This document shows positions 31,331 to 41,524 of a DNA stretch of 64,000 bases, piece after piece; the first letter of the stretch is position 1; each line of letters begins with the position of its first letter. Under the pieces are notes generated by a model. It had not been told where the DNA came from, did no database searches, and saw only the letters and a program-made list of their open reading frames with translations. The stretch spans positions 64,142 through 128,141 of the forward strand of contig CAYFMS010000002.1 of NCBI GenBank assembly GCA_964344415.1, in the 5' to 3' direction. Origin of the DNA: an uncultured Gammaproteobacteria bacterium (lineage in GTDB: Bacteria > Patescibacteriota > Patescibacteriia > UBA9934). Made by a program: the position numbers and the translations under genes.

Positions 31331-31335
31331 TATTT

Positions 31336-33873
31336 ATGCGTTATAATAGTGCCATGCGAGGGGAATTGATTCATGCCCATGATGTGCCAAAAAAGGAATT
31401 GATTGAGGTGCTCGATGCCTCACTTTTAGGATTGTCTCCCGAACAAGTTGGCCATCAAAGAGAAAAATTTGGATCAAATAAGAAGCGTGAAAAGAAAAGG
31501 GTGACATGGTTGGCAATATTGGCGCGTCAACTCATGGGCCCATTTATTATCATTCTCATCATCGCTGCAGGTATCAGCATTGTACTTCAGGAATTTTTTG
31601 ACGCTTTTGTGATTGGTATCGCCGTCCTTATCAATACGGCACTTGGATTCATCGAGGAATTCAAAGCTGATAGATCACTTGCGAAACTTGAAACATATTT
31701 GCCAGTTCAGGCGCGGGTTCTGCGTGATGGCAAGCAAAAAATGATATCTGCAGAGGAGATTGTTGTTGGTGATATTCTTCTTCTACGTAGCGGGGATAAA
31801 ATTATTGCCGATGCACGCATATTGAATCACGCCAATCTTGAAATTGACGAATCCACATTAACGGGAGAATCGAATCCTGTAATCAAAAAAGATGATGTTC
31901 TTGATAGAGAGGTGTCCGTTCCAAATCGGAAAAATATGGTTTTTGCTGGAACGGCTGTTGTTGCTGGTGAAGCAAAATGTCTTGTAACGGCAGTTGGTGA
32001 CCAAACACAGATCGGCCAAATTGCAGCATTGGTTCAAGATGTAAAGGATGAATCAACGCCACTTCAAAATCAATTGAAAACCCTTGCGAAATGGATCGGT
32101 ATTGCCGTCCTTATTTTGGGAGGAATCATATTTCTTATCGGTGTTCTACGTGGGCGCGCTGCCCTTGAAATGCTTTATATTTCCGTCGCACTTGCCGTTG
32201 CAGCAGTTCCTGAGGGGCTTATTGTTGCTTTGACCGTCATTTTGGCAATCGGAATGCAGAGAATTTTGAAGAAAAAAGCATTGGTTCGAAAATTGGTTGC
32301 AGCAGAAACGCTCGGGGGCGTTTCGGTTATTTGCATGGATAAAACAGGGACGATCACAACGGGTGAAATGACAGTCACGGGAATTACACAAAAGGAAGGA
32401 GAGGATTATGAAGATGTCATGCGGGCGATTGCGGCATCTTCAAAAAATGGAAACTCTCCAACCGATAAAGCGATTACCTCCTTTGTCGATCATCAAAAGG
32501 GGCATGAAATAACTGATCTGCATGTCGTGAAATATCTTCCATTTGATTCACGATATAAATTTTCAGCAAGCATTTTGAATCGTGATTCGGAAAAAGTTTT
32601 ATTTGCTGTTGGAGCTCCTGAAATTCTCTTTGATCGATCAGACATGAATGAGGAAGATGAGATTTGGTATCGAAATCATGCGGAGACGCTTGCAAAAAGC
32701 GGGCGGGTTATTGCGGTCGCACGGGGAAATGCGGTTTCTGATTTATCTCCCGATCATGTACGCGGTCTAAGCATCATTGGCCTACTATTTATTGAAGATC
32801 CTGTTCGGCCGGATGCGAAAGAATCAGTTCGCATTGCTCGCGAAGCGGGACTGCACCCAGTCATTATTACGGGTGATCATCCGCATACAGCGTCTTATAT
32901 TGCTAAAAAAATTGAATTAGATCATGGTCAAATCATCACAGGCAGAGATCTCCAGAATATGAGCGATGCTGATTTGCGCCAAGAAATCAAAACAACAAAT
33001 GTATTTGCGCGTGTACTTCCGCGTGATAAATATCGCATTGTGAAGGCTTGGCATGAACAGGGTGAATCGGTTGCTATGACGGGAGATGGGGTGAATGATG
33101 CACCTGCTATTAAGGCAGCAGATATAGGAATTGCTGTTGTGAGCGGGACGGAAGTTGCAAAAGAAACGGCGGATATGGTTCTGCTCGACAATAGTTTTAA
33201 AACGATCATTTCTGCCATTCGTGAAGGTAGAATCATTTTCGATAATATTCGAAAAGTCGTGGTGTATTTGCTTATTGATAGTTTTAGTGAGATGGTTCTT
33301 GTTTTTGGCGCCCTCATTTTTAATACACCACTCCCGATTTTGCCGGCTCAGATTCTCTGGATTAATCTGATTACAGATGGGCTTCCAAGCCTCGCTCTTA
33401 CCATGGAGCCGGGTGAAGACGGAATTATGAAAGAGGGGCCGCGCCGAAGAAATGAACCAATACTTTCGGGGGAAATGAAGGCACTGATTTTCGGTATAGG
33501 TACACTCACAGCTTTTACACTTTTTGTCATGTATCTCTATCTCATCGGGCAAAAACTTGATATTGACCATATTCGTACATTTATTTTCTTCGCGCTTGGA
33601 ATCGATTCGCTCGTATATGTATTTGCAACGCGCACATTCAGAAAAAGCATTTTCCGAAGTAATCCGTTCAAAAATCGATATCTTATCGGTGCCGTTTTTG
33701 CGGGGCTGCTCATTCAATTTATTCCATATGTCATCCCAAGTCTGCGCGCGGCATTCCGATTAACAAATCTTTCAACGATTGAATGGGTGATTATCGGCAT
33801 TGTTGCTGTATCTCAATTGCTACTTATCGAGATAGTAAAGGAAATATTCAATCATAGAAAAAACAGAAAATGA
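31336..33873 (+). CDS. cation-transporting P-type ATPase (type II, PMCA/SERCA-like Ca2+/Mg2+ pump)
   Basis: 'ICMDKTGTITTG' phosphorylation motif, 'MTGDGVNDAPAIKAADIGIAV', 10 TM, 845 aa. Confidence 0.9.
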   Translation: MRYNSAMRGELIHAHDVPKKELIEVLDASLLGLSPEQVGHQREKFGSNKKREKKRVTWLAILARQLMGPFIIILIIAAGISIVLQEFFDAFVIGIAVLINTALGFIEEFKADRSLAKLETYLPVQARVLRDGKQKMISAEEIVVGDILLLRSGDKIIADARILNHANLEIDESTLTGESNPVIKKDDVLDREVSVPNRKNMVFAGTAVVAGEAKCLVTAVGDQTQIGQIAALVQDVKDESTPLQNQLKTLAKWIGIAVLILGGIIFLIGVLRGRAALEMLYISVALAVAAVPEGLIVALTVILAIGMQRILKKKALVRKLVAAETLGGVSVICMDKTGTITTGEMTVTGITQKEGEDYEDVMRAIAASSKNGNSPTDKAITSFVDHQKGHEITDLHVVKYLPFDSRYKFSASILNRDSEKVLFAVGAPEILFDRSDMNEEDEIWYRNHAETLAKSGRVIAVARGNAVSDLSPDHVRGLSIIGLLFIEDPVRPDAKESVRIAREAGLHPVIITGDHPHTASYIAKKIELDHGQIITGRDLQNMSDADLRQEIKTTNVFARVLPRDKYRIVKAWHEQGESVAMTGDGVNDAPAIKAADIGIAVVSGTEVAKETADMVLLDNSFKTIISAIREGRIIFDNIRKVVVYLLIDSFSEMVLVFGALIFNTPLPILPAQILWINLITDGLPSLALTMEPGEDGIMKEGPRRRNEPILSGEMKALIFGIGTLTAFTLFVMYLYLIGQKLDIDHIRTFIFFALGIDSLVYVFATRTFRKSIFRSNPFKNRYLIGAVFAGLLIQFIPYVIPSLRAAFRLTNLSTIEWVIIGIVAVSQLLLIEIVKEIFNHRKNRK

Positions 33874-33888
33874 TATACTAGATACACT

Positions 33889-35346
33889 ATGGATTTGAGC
33901 AAAATAGATAATTTTCAAGATGCCGTTGTTACGGTGATGGGGCTTGGGAGGTATAAGCAGGGAAGTGGACTTGGTGCAGCAAAATGGTTAATCCGTCATG
34001 GAGCGCAAACAATTATTACGGATTTGAAGGATGAAGAAGAGCTTGAAGAATCGATGGATCTTGTCATGCATTGGTATGAGGAGTACCGCAAACAAATGCC
34101 AGACAGGACAATATATCAACCCATTTTTGTTTTGGGAGAGCATAGAAAATCTGACTTCATTGACGTTGATGTTGTTGTGCAGAATCCGGGCGTTCCAAGT
34201 GAAAGTGAATTTATTCAAGAAGCGAAAAAGAATAATGTTGCGATTGAATCTGATGTAAGCCTCTTTTTCCGCTATTGTCCATATCCGATTATCGCTGTTA
34301 CGGGAACGAAGGGAAAGACGACAACGACGAAGCTTATTGGTGAGATTTTGAAGGAAGTAGACGAAAAAGCGGTCATTGCAGGAAATATTAATGTATCGCC
34401 ACTTGAGCATATCGATGAAATATTGAAGCGAGGCGAGCCGACGCCGATTGTCCTTGAATTATCATCATGGATGCTTGAATCTCTGCCAGGTGCTTTTCAG
34501 GAAATGGGCAAGGGTCCCGATATCTCGGTGCTGACAAATATCTATCCCGACCATTTGAATCGTTATCATTCTTTTGGAGATTATATTCATTCAAAAGAAA
34601 TTATTTTTGAGTGGCAGAGTAAGGATCAGTATACGGTTTTGAATTATGATCATCCAATTGTTCAGGAAATGGAGAATGGAGTGGATGGTAGGCTGTTTTG
34701 GTTTTCACGAACCGATATGGAGCATGACGGTTGTTTTGTTCAAGGTGAGAAGATCGTTTACAAAAATGCCCAGTCTACCGAGGAAATCATTGCTGTGAAT
34801 GATCTTGGGTTGAAAGGGGAGCATAATCTCGAAAATATTCTATCTGCAGTTTGCGCAGCGCGACTTGCGAATGTGCCCGTACAGTCAATTGCAAAGGTTC
34901 TGCGTGAATTTAAGGGTGTATCAGATAGGCAGGAATTGGTTCGAGAAGTAGATGAGATTACATATATCAATGACACGACTGCGACGAATCCAGATGCTGT
35001 TATTGCGGCGCTGAAACATTTCGGGGCTGATAGTGATGTCATTCTTATTGCAGGTGGACAGGATAAGAAAATGGAATATGAGAAATTGGCAGAAGAAATC
35101 GTTAAGACCTGCAAACATGTCATTTTATTTGAGGGTGATGCTTCGAAAATGATTGAGGATCTTATCGCGGGACGTGTTCCGGTTGAATCAAATGTGTCGA
35201 GCATGGAAATGGCGGTGAATAAAGCAAAGGCGGTAAGCGCCGTTGGAGACATTGTCATATTGTCTCCGGGGGCGGCAAGTTTCAATATGTTTAAGAATGA
35301 ATTCGATCGAGGTGAGCAATTCCGCGAAGCAGTTAGAAATCTATAA
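33889..35346 (+). CDS. murD: UDP-N-acetylmuramoylalanine--D-glutamate ligase
   Basis: 'VTGTKGKTTTTKLIGEIL' P-loop; Mur ligase architecture. Confidence 0.85.
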   Translation: MDLSKIDNFQDAVVTVMGLGRYKQGSGLGAAKWLIRHGAQTIITDLKDEEELEESMDLVMHWYEEYRKQMPDRTIYQPIFVLGEHRKSDFIDVDVVVQNPGVPSESEFIQEAKKNNVAIESDVSLFFRYCPYPIIAVTGTKGKTTTTKLIGEILKEVDEKAVIAGNINVSPLEHIDEILKRGEPTPIVLELSSWMLESLPGAFQEMGKGPDISVLTNIYPDHLNRYHSFGDYIHSKEIIFEWQSKDQYTVLNYDHPIVQEMENGVDGRLFWFSRTDMEHDGCFVQGEKIVYKNAQSTEEIIAVNDLGLKGEHNLENILSAVCAARLANVPVQSIAKVLREFKGVSDRQELVREVDEITYINDTTATNPDAVIAALKHFGADSDVILIAGGQDKKMEYEKLAEEIVKTCKHVILFEGDASKMIEDLIAGRVPVESNVSSMEMAVNKAKAVSAVGDIVILSPGAASFNMFKNEFDRGEQFREAVRNL

Positions 35347-35354
35347 TCATTTTC

Positions 35355-35915
35355 ATGCAGCTTGGTCATGTAAAATTGGATATTGATGAAGAAGTGCTCG
35401 GCATGATTCATCGAAGTAAAATGGTGCTCATCCCGCGGCTGATTCTTGGTTTTTTCTGGGTTCTTCTCCCATTCTTCTTCTTTTTTCAACTGCTTGCAGG
35501 AGGGATATTGGGTGTATTTTTCTTCGCTCTTATTCTCTGCACGGGGATTTGGTATACATGGATTTCATTCAAAAAATGGCAGGGAACAATGTGGCTTCTG
35601 ACAGAAAGACGCATATTGGACATTGATCAGCAGAATTTGCGCCGCCGTCTAATATCTGAAATTAATTATGACGATATTGATGATATTCAGGTGTCTCAGG
35701 GGCGATTATTCGAAAGAATATTTTCACTACGTACCATTGTGATCAAAACAAAAAAGCGAGAGCATTTTGATTTGGAGCTCGACATGGTACCTCGAGCAAC
35801 GGACATCGCGAATCTTATTCATGATGTACAATACTTAAACGCGGATGCTGGTACGGCATCTGATTATCATAAACAATTCCATGAAACGGGATCGAAGACT
35901 CATAAAAAAGCCTAG
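35355..35915 (+). CDS. membrane protein with a bacterial PH (bPH_2/YdbS-like) domain
   Basis: Two N-terminal TM helices followed by a PH-like domain. Confidence 0.45.
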   Translation: MQLGHVKLDIDEEVLGMIHRSKMVLIPRLILGFFWVLLPFFFFFQLLAGGILGVFFFALILCTGIWYTWISFKKWQGTMWLLTERRILDIDQQNLRRRLISEINYDDIDDIQVSQGRLFERIFSLRTIVIKTKKREHFDLELDMVPRATDIANLIHDVQYLNADAGTASDYHKQFHETGSKTHKKA

Positions 35916-35925
35916 GAAGGTACGC

Positions 35926-36312
35926 ATGATTTTGCTTGCAAATGCTTTGCTTCTCTTTTTTTTGCTACTAGCATTTGGTCGCGAATATGCACGGAATATT
36001 CAGGTGAATCAGGAAATAGCTGCGCTTGAGCGCCAAAAAGCATCTTTAGAATCGCAGAATTTGGAAACACTCGATCTCATAGAAGAATTATCGAGCGAAT
36101 ATTATCTTGAAAAGCAGGCACGTGAAAAACATGGATTAGCTCGCGCGGGTGAAACATTGATTTTGGTAAAGGATGATTTATTCTCGCCTCGAGACGGGGA
36201 TGAGGGGGCAGAAGTTTTGATTGAGAATGTCAGCAATCCAGAAGCTTGGTTTTATTTTTTCTTCATGCATGATCGCTTTGAAGAATTGAGGATATATGCC
36301 GAGAGTGAATAA
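35926..36312 (+). CDS. septum formation initiator FtsB/DivIC-like protein
   Basis: N-terminal TM followed by a coiled coil ('EIAALERQKASLESQNLETLDLIEELSSEYYLEKQAREKHGLARAGE'); RBS GGAAGG. Confidence 0.6.
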   Translation: MILLANALLLFFLLLAFGREYARNIQVNQEIAALERQKASLESQNLETLDLIEELSSEYYLEKQAREKHGLARAGETLILVKDDLFSPRDGDEGAEVLIENVSNPEAWFYFFFMHDRFEELRIYAESE

Positions 36313-37111
36313 TGGGCATCGCGATGTAATTGGAAAATTATTTGTATGCATCTCGATACTCCTTTTTTTATTTGTCGCCATTCGGACAATGGCTCTTCGT
36401 TTGAAGCCAATTCATGGTCCAATTGCCGGCATGGCATCTCTTCTGCCAATTTACCCGATGAGCATTGACGGTTTAGGGCGCATTTCTTATGGCCGCATTG
36501 TAAAACTTGCGCATGTATATGAGCAGCTTGATGTAGAAAATGCATTTGATTACGCACGTTATTTTCTGGCAGTAGGGGAATTGTCGATGGGGCTGTCGAA
36601 TGAATTGGACATCGTAATAGATGAGAGTGATGTTGACGCTTGGATATCTAATCAGCCCGATTCTGATGTCTCTCAGCGACAGCTCGAATATATTGCTCAT
36701 CTGCATTTAGAGCTAAATGCCATTGAAGATAAGGCGCGGCGCGAGGGTTTGTATCAGGATGATGAATGGAGTCGCGTGATGGGCATACAGTCATTCCTCG
36801 ATCTTGGAATTTCATTTGCGGATCTAGCACGTCAATATAGCGAATTTGAAACATCGGCATCTGGCGGGTATATCGGATATGTAGAAAAAAATGATATCGA
36901 TGAAGTGTATTGGGAGTTATTTGAAACTGAAGACGAGATTAGTGTTGTCGAATCAGATCAGGCATATATTATTGCTCGTATTTCTGATCGTATTCTTGAT
37001 GCAGACGATGAAGTTTCAAAAATAGAATTATCGGTTATTGGAATATATAAATCCGGCATCGAGGGCATGCTTGAATCCTATGCTAAGGAGCATGCTGTGA
37101 GGTTTAATTAA
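36296..37111 (+). CDS. membrane-anchored parvulin-like (PpiC/SurA/PrsA-type) peptidyl-prolyl isomerase domain protein
   Basis: N-terminal TM; C-terminal 'FADLARQYSEFETSASGGYIGYVEKND' resembles a rotamase domain. Confidence 0.4.
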   Translation: MPRVNNGHRDVIGKLFVCISILLFLFVAIRTMALRLKPIHGPIAGMASLLPIYPMSIDGLGRISYGRIVKLAHVYEQLDVENAFDYARYFLAVGELSMGLSNELDIVIDESDVDAWISNQPDSDVSQRQLEYIAHLHLELNAIEDKARREGLYQDDEWSRVMGIQSFLDLGISFADLARQYSEFETSASGGYIGYVEKNDIDEVYWELFETEDEISVVESDQAYIIARISDRILDADDEVSKIELSVIGIYKSGIEGMLESYAKEHAVRFN

Positions 37112-37227
37112 GATGAAACAGTAATGCATTTTTCCGACTTATGAAGCGATCGACTCATAAGTCAGAAAAACGGTTTGGCAATGTTTGTGCTTTGAAAGGC
37201 GGTATGCTATAAATTTGCAACAAATAT

Positions 37228-37303
37228 GCCACCTTAGCTCAGTTGGTAGAGCAATACTTTCGTAAAGTAGAGGTCGGCGGTTCAAATCCGCCAGGTGGCT
37301 CCA
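37228..37303 (+). tRNA. tRNA-Thr (anticodon CGU), CCA encoded
   Basis: Acceptor GCCACCT/AGGTGGC, anticodon loop TTCGTAA, T-arm GGCGGTTCAAATCCGCC. Confidence 0.8.
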
Positions 37304-37310
37304 TGAAAAA

Positions 37311-37335
37311 TTCTCAGCTCAGTCTGAGTTTTTTA
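37311..37335 (+). terminator. terminator after tRNA-Thr
   Basis: 'ctcagctcagtctgag' followed by T6. Confidence 0.5.
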
Positions 37336-37374
37336 TTTGAAAAATGAATGCCTGCCTGTGATATAATTTGAATC

Positions 37375-38058
37375 ATGATTAAGCTTAAGGGCGTATCAAA
37401 AACCTATAAGCCCGATGTCCACGCACTCAAATCTGTTACGGTTCATATAGAACCGGGGGAGTTTGTTTCTATTGTCGGTCAAAGTGGGTCGGGGAAATCT
37501 ACATTTGCCAAGCTTTTATTTGCAGAGGAGCGTCCAAGTCGCGGCAAGGTTATCGTCGGTGATTGGGATATTAGCGATATAAAACGCTCAGAAATTCCAA
37601 CATTGCGCAGGCAAATCGGTGTTGTATTCCAAGATTTCAAACTTCTGCCTCGGAAAACGGTATTTGAGAATATCGCCTTTGCTCTTGAAGTGGCGGGCGA
37701 AGCAAAGAAAAATATTCAAAATATTGTGCCTCAAGTGCTTAAAATTGTTGGCCTTGCTGATAAAGCGGGGCGATACCCTCGTCAGCTGTCGGGTGGTGAG
37801 CAGCAGCGTGTGTCTATTGCGCGCTCTCTTGTACATCGTCCAAAAATACTTGTCGCGGACGAACCGACGGGTAATTTGGATGCAATTCATTCTCGGGACA
37901 TTCTCGAACTTCTGAAACGAATCAATAAAATTGGTACGACCATTGTTTTGGTGACGCATGATCGTGATGTTGTGAATGCGCTAAAACGCCGCGTAATCAC
38001 AATTGAGGATGGTGAAATTGCGAGCGATGTTAAGCACGGTAAATACGTTTTGTCATGA
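37375..38058 (+). CDS. ftsE: cell division ABC transporter ATP-binding protein
   Basis: Walker A 'GQSGSGKST', signature '[15 protein letters not shown]', Walker B '[12 protein letters not shown]'; followed by ftsX. Confidence 0.9.
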   Translation: MIKLKGVSKTYKPDVHALKSVTVHIEPGEFVSIVGQSGSGKSTFAKLLFAEERPSRGKVIVGDWDISDIKRSEIPTLRRQIGVVFQDFKLLPRKTVFENIAFALEVAGEAKKNIQNIVPQVLKIVGLADKAGRYPRQLSGGEQQRVSIARSLVHRPKILVADEPTGNLDAIHSRDILELLKRINKIGTTIVLVTHDRDVVNALKRRVITIEDGEIASDVKHGKYVLS

Positions 38059-38966
38059 GTACACTGATTTCATCATTCCGTATCGTCAAATTTGCATTGC
38101 AGAATATTTTCCGCAATATTTGGCTTTCACTCGCAACAATTACCATTTTTGTCCTGACACTTATTACGGTGAATGCGGTACTTTTCGTATCCACGGTTGC
38201 AAATTCGGCGGTGAAATCCGTTGAAGAAAAAGTGTCGGTGACTGTTTATTTCAAGCCCGAAGTATCTGATGAAATTGTAAAATCAGCTCAGGAATATGTG
38301 CAGGGACTTGTTCAGGTTCGGTCCGTTCAATTTAAGAGTGCTGAAGATAATCTCATTGATTTCAAGCAAAATTTTGCCGGAGATGCACTTGTTCTTGAAT
38401 CACTGGAAGAAATCGATGAAAACCCTCTTGGCGCATCTCTCATAATTTCGGCTGATGATTCAGAAGACTTTGCATTCATCCTAGAATCACTCGAAACGCC
38501 GGAATTTGCGGACAGTATTCGATCGCGAGACCTCGACGATAATGCGGGAATTATTCAGACAATTCAGGATGTTAGCAAGCGAATTCGGCTAGGCGGACTT
38601 GTGCTTGCACTCTTCTTCGCCATCGTCGCATCTCTCATTATCTTCAATACTGTTCGTGTGGCTATTTATGTGCATAGAGATGAAATTACCATCATGAAAT
38701 TGGTGGGCGCGAGTGATTCATTTGTGCGCGGTCCATTCCTTATTGAAGCAATTATTTATAGTCTCGTTGCGACATTAATCGCTTGCGTGCTGGTTTTGAT
38801 GGTCATGTTCGCCCTTCAATCAACGCCAGATTGGTATATTGATCCGAGCGTTCCTGAATTTTTCTTGCAAAATGCATTTACGGTATTTGGATTGCAGGCG
38901 CTCGGACTCTCATTGCTTAGCGTCATTACCACGATACTCGCAACGTATCGCTATTTACGAGTCTAG
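38055..38966 (+). CDS. ftsX: cell division permease
   Basis: N-terminal TM, periplasmic domain, three C-terminal TM helices; 4-nt overlap with ftsE. Confidence 0.85.
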   Translation: MSTLISSFRIVKFALQNIFRNIWLSLATITIFVLTLITVNAVLFVSTVANSAVKSVEEKVSVTVYFKPEVSDEIVKSAQEYVQGLVQVRSVQFKSAEDNLIDFKQNFAGDALVLESLEEIDENPLGASLIISADDSEDFAFILESLETPEFADSIRSRDLDDNAGIIQTIQDVSKRIRLGGLVLALFFAIVASLIIFNTVRVAIYVHRDEITIMKLVGASDSFVRGPFLIEAIIYSLVATLIACVLVLMVMFALQSTPDWYIDPSVPEFFLQNAFTVFGLQALGLSLLSVITTILATYRYLRV

Positions 38967-38968
38967 TT

Positions 38969-40453
38969 ATGGCAGATCGCATGGGACAATATGGCCAAAA
39001 TCGTTTTTGGGAAATTCTGCCTGCCGTACTTGCATGGATCACATTTGCATTCGCAATACTTTCATCTTTTTTTGCCCCAACGGTTGCTGTCATTTTTATT
39101 ATCATCTTTGATTTGTACTGGACACTTCGGGTTTTGTACTTCCTGATTCATGTTGCGGCATCCTATCGTCAATATCGGCAAACCATGCATGTGAATTGGT
39201 ATGAGAAAGTGCGGGAAATCGAGGGTTGGCGCGGTGTGTATCATGTTGTTTTGCTGCCAACATATAAAGAGGAGATCAATATTTTGCGAGATGCACTCAA
39301 TGCATTAGTTCGCGGCGCCTATGATAATGATCGATTCATCGTTGTTGTTGGCGGGGAAGAGGGCGACAAGAAAAACTTTTCAAAATATGTAAAAATTCTT
39401 CAGAAGGAATTTGGGGGGCATTTTAATCATTTAATGTTCACGGTTCATCCAAGGGGGCTCGAGGGAGAGATCCCGGGAAAGGGATCGAATTTGAAATGGA
39501 TGGCAGAAAAAGTGCGAACGGTTATTGATAGAAAAAAAATCCCTTATGAAAATATTGTGGTGTCAGCATTTGATGTGGACACGATTGCTGATGATCAGTA
39601 TTTCGCGCGTCTTACTTATTTATTTAAAACGGTAGAAGATCCGCTGCATACCAGTTATCAGCCGTTGACACTCTTTTCAAATAATATTTGGTATTCGAAT
39701 CCAGTCATACGTGTTACATCATTTGGAACAACATTTTGGCTGCTATCGGAACTTATTCGAAGTGAGCGCATGTGGACATTTTCGTCTCACTCTATGCCTT
39801 GGCAAATGCTCGTCGATGTTGGTTATCATGAGCCGGATTTAGTTTCCGAAGATTCACGCATTTTTATGCAAGGATTTCTACATTACAATGGTCGGTACCG
39901 CGTAACGCCGATGTTTATTCCTGTTCATATGGATGCTGTGACAGGCGATGGGTTCTTTTCAAGTGTTAAGGCGCTTTATAAACAGCAGCGTCGTTGGGCT
40001 TGGGGGGTCGAGCATCTGCCGTATATGTTCAGAAAGTTTAAGGAGAATAAGAAAATACCTCGCAGCCAGAAATGGAAATTCATGTTTAATCACATCGAGG
40101 GGATGTATACATGGTCAACGGCTCCGGTGCTTATTTTTATGCTTGGATATTTGCCATTTGCGGTTGCGGGGGATGCGGCAAGCACTTTGGTTGCGAATAG
40201 TCCATTCACGCTTGAGCGCATGATGCAGGTCGCGACTATTGGTGTATTTGCGACAGGAATTATGAGTTTTCTCTTTCTCCCAAAACGTCCAGAAAAAATC
40301 TCAACGCATAATTGGATTATCATGATTTTTCAATGGGCATTACTGCCGATCACATTTACATTACTTGGCGCATTGCCAGCTATTGATGCACAGACGCGCT
40401 TTGCGCTCGGGAAATATCTTGGTTTCAATGTAACCGAGAAAAAACGGAGGTAG
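38969..40453 (+). CDS. processive family-2 glycosyltransferase (membrane-integrated; cellulose/chitin/PNAG-synthase-like)
   Basis: 'QQRRWAWG' QxxRW motif and 'SAFDVDT' D,D motifs, with N- and C-terminal TM bundles. Confidence 0.7.
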   Translation: MADRMGQYGQNRFWEILPAVLAWITFAFAILSSFFAPTVAVIFIIIFDLYWTLRVLYFLIHVAASYRQYRQTMHVNWYEKVREIEGWRGVYHVVLLPTYKEEINILRDALNALVRGAYDNDRFIVVVGGEEGDKKNFSKYVKILQKEFGGHFNHLMFTVHPRGLEGEIPGKGSNLKWMAEKVRTVIDRKKIPYENIVVSAFDVDTIADDQYFARLTYLFKTVEDPLHTSYQPLTLFSNNIWYSNPVIRVTSFGTTFWLLSELIRSERMWTFSSHSMPWQMLVDVGYHEPDLVSEDSRIFMQGFLHYNGRYRVTPMFIPVHMDAVTGDGFFSSVKALYKQQRRWAWGVEHLPYMFRKFKENKKIPRSQKWKFMFNHIEGMYTWSTAPVLIFMLGYLPFAVAGDAASTLVANSPFTLERMMQVATIGVFATGIMSFLFLPKRPEKISTHNWIIMIFQWALLPITFTLLGALPAIDAQTRFALGKYLGFNVTEKKRR

Positions 40454-40477
40454 ACAAGAGGGCTGACTCTCGCTAAA

Positions 40478-41524
40478 GTGCTCTATATGCGTGTATATGT
40501 CCATCTACTTACTTGGAATGGATACCGGTATTTGCCGGACTTTTTTGAATCGCTTAGTTTGCAAACATATCAAGATATCACGCTTCGTATTCTCGATAAT
40601 GGAAGTACGGATGGCACGATCGAATATATCAGACAGCATTATCCGAAGGCTCTGGTAGGGCATAATGTGCGTAATCTTGGTTTTGCGAAAGGGCATAATC
40701 AATTGATGGATTTCACAATGTCTCGGTTAGGTCCGGATGAAGATGCAGCTATTTTGTATGTGAATCAGGATTTGATGCTTGAACCAGATGCTATTGAGAA
40801 TATGGTCGAGGCACTTGAATTAAATCCGGCCATTTCGGCGATTCAGCCGAAACTATATCGAGCATTTGGCGAGGTGAGTATTGAAGATGAACTAGTTAAT
40901 GCGACAAAATCGGATATTTTAGATACGACGGGACTGCTTGTGAAAAAAGGTTGGCGAATGGTTGATCGCGGTGCAGGTGCTTTAGACAAGGGGCAATATG
41001 ACCATGATGTCGATATTATTGCACCGACAGGGACAATTGGGCTATTCCGTGCCTCGGCGGTGAAGGATTTGATAGATGCAGAATCTTTCTTCGACGAAGC
41101 ATATTTTTCATATAAGGAAGATTGCGATTTAGCCTTGCGTTTTGCAAAGCTTGGCTTGAAGGCATTATTCGTCCCAAATGCTATCGCGTACCATCATCGT
41201 GGTGTTTATGGTCCAGAAGAATCTGGCTTAATGAAAAGAATGAAAAATCATCGCTCGCAAAATGCTTTCTTGGCAGCACTTTCTACGCGAAATCATTTTT
41301 ATACACTCATTAAGCATCTGGATATTTTAGATATCATTCTCTATTCTCCATGGCTTTTTGTGGATGTGATTTTGAGGGCTATCTATGTGATTATGTTCGA
41401 GCCTCAGGGGCGCCGCATGCTTTTTTCCCTTCCAGCTTCAATGAGATCACTTTTTGACAAGCGTCGAAGAATCAAAGAGCACACCTTTATAAAAGGGTCA
41501 GAATTACGACAATGGGTGATATGA
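40478..41524 (+). CDS. glycosyltransferase family 2
   Basis: 'ITLRILDNGSTDGT' and DxD regions. Confidence 0.75.
   Translation: MLYMRVYVHLLTWNGYRYLPDFFESLSLQTYQDITLRILDNGSTDGTIEYIRQHYPKALVGHNVRNLGFAKGHNQLMDFTMSRLGPDEDAAILYVNQDLMLEPDAIENMVEALELNPAISAIQPKLYRAFGEVSIEDELVNATKSDILDTTGLLVKKGWRMVDRGAGALDKGQYDHDVDIIAPTGTIGLFRASAVKDLIDAESFFDEAYFSYKEDCDLALRFAKLGLKALFVPNAIAYHHRGVYGPEESGLMKRMKNHRSQNAFLAALSTRNHFYTLIKHLDILDIILYSPWLFVDVILRAIYVIMFEPQGRRMLFSLPASMRSLFDKRRRIKEHTFIKGSELRQWVI

Noticed and set aside
36296-37111. Confident PrsA/SurA chaperone call
   Set aside because: Only a partial parvulin-like signature was recognised by eye, so it is reported as a low-confidence domain call.
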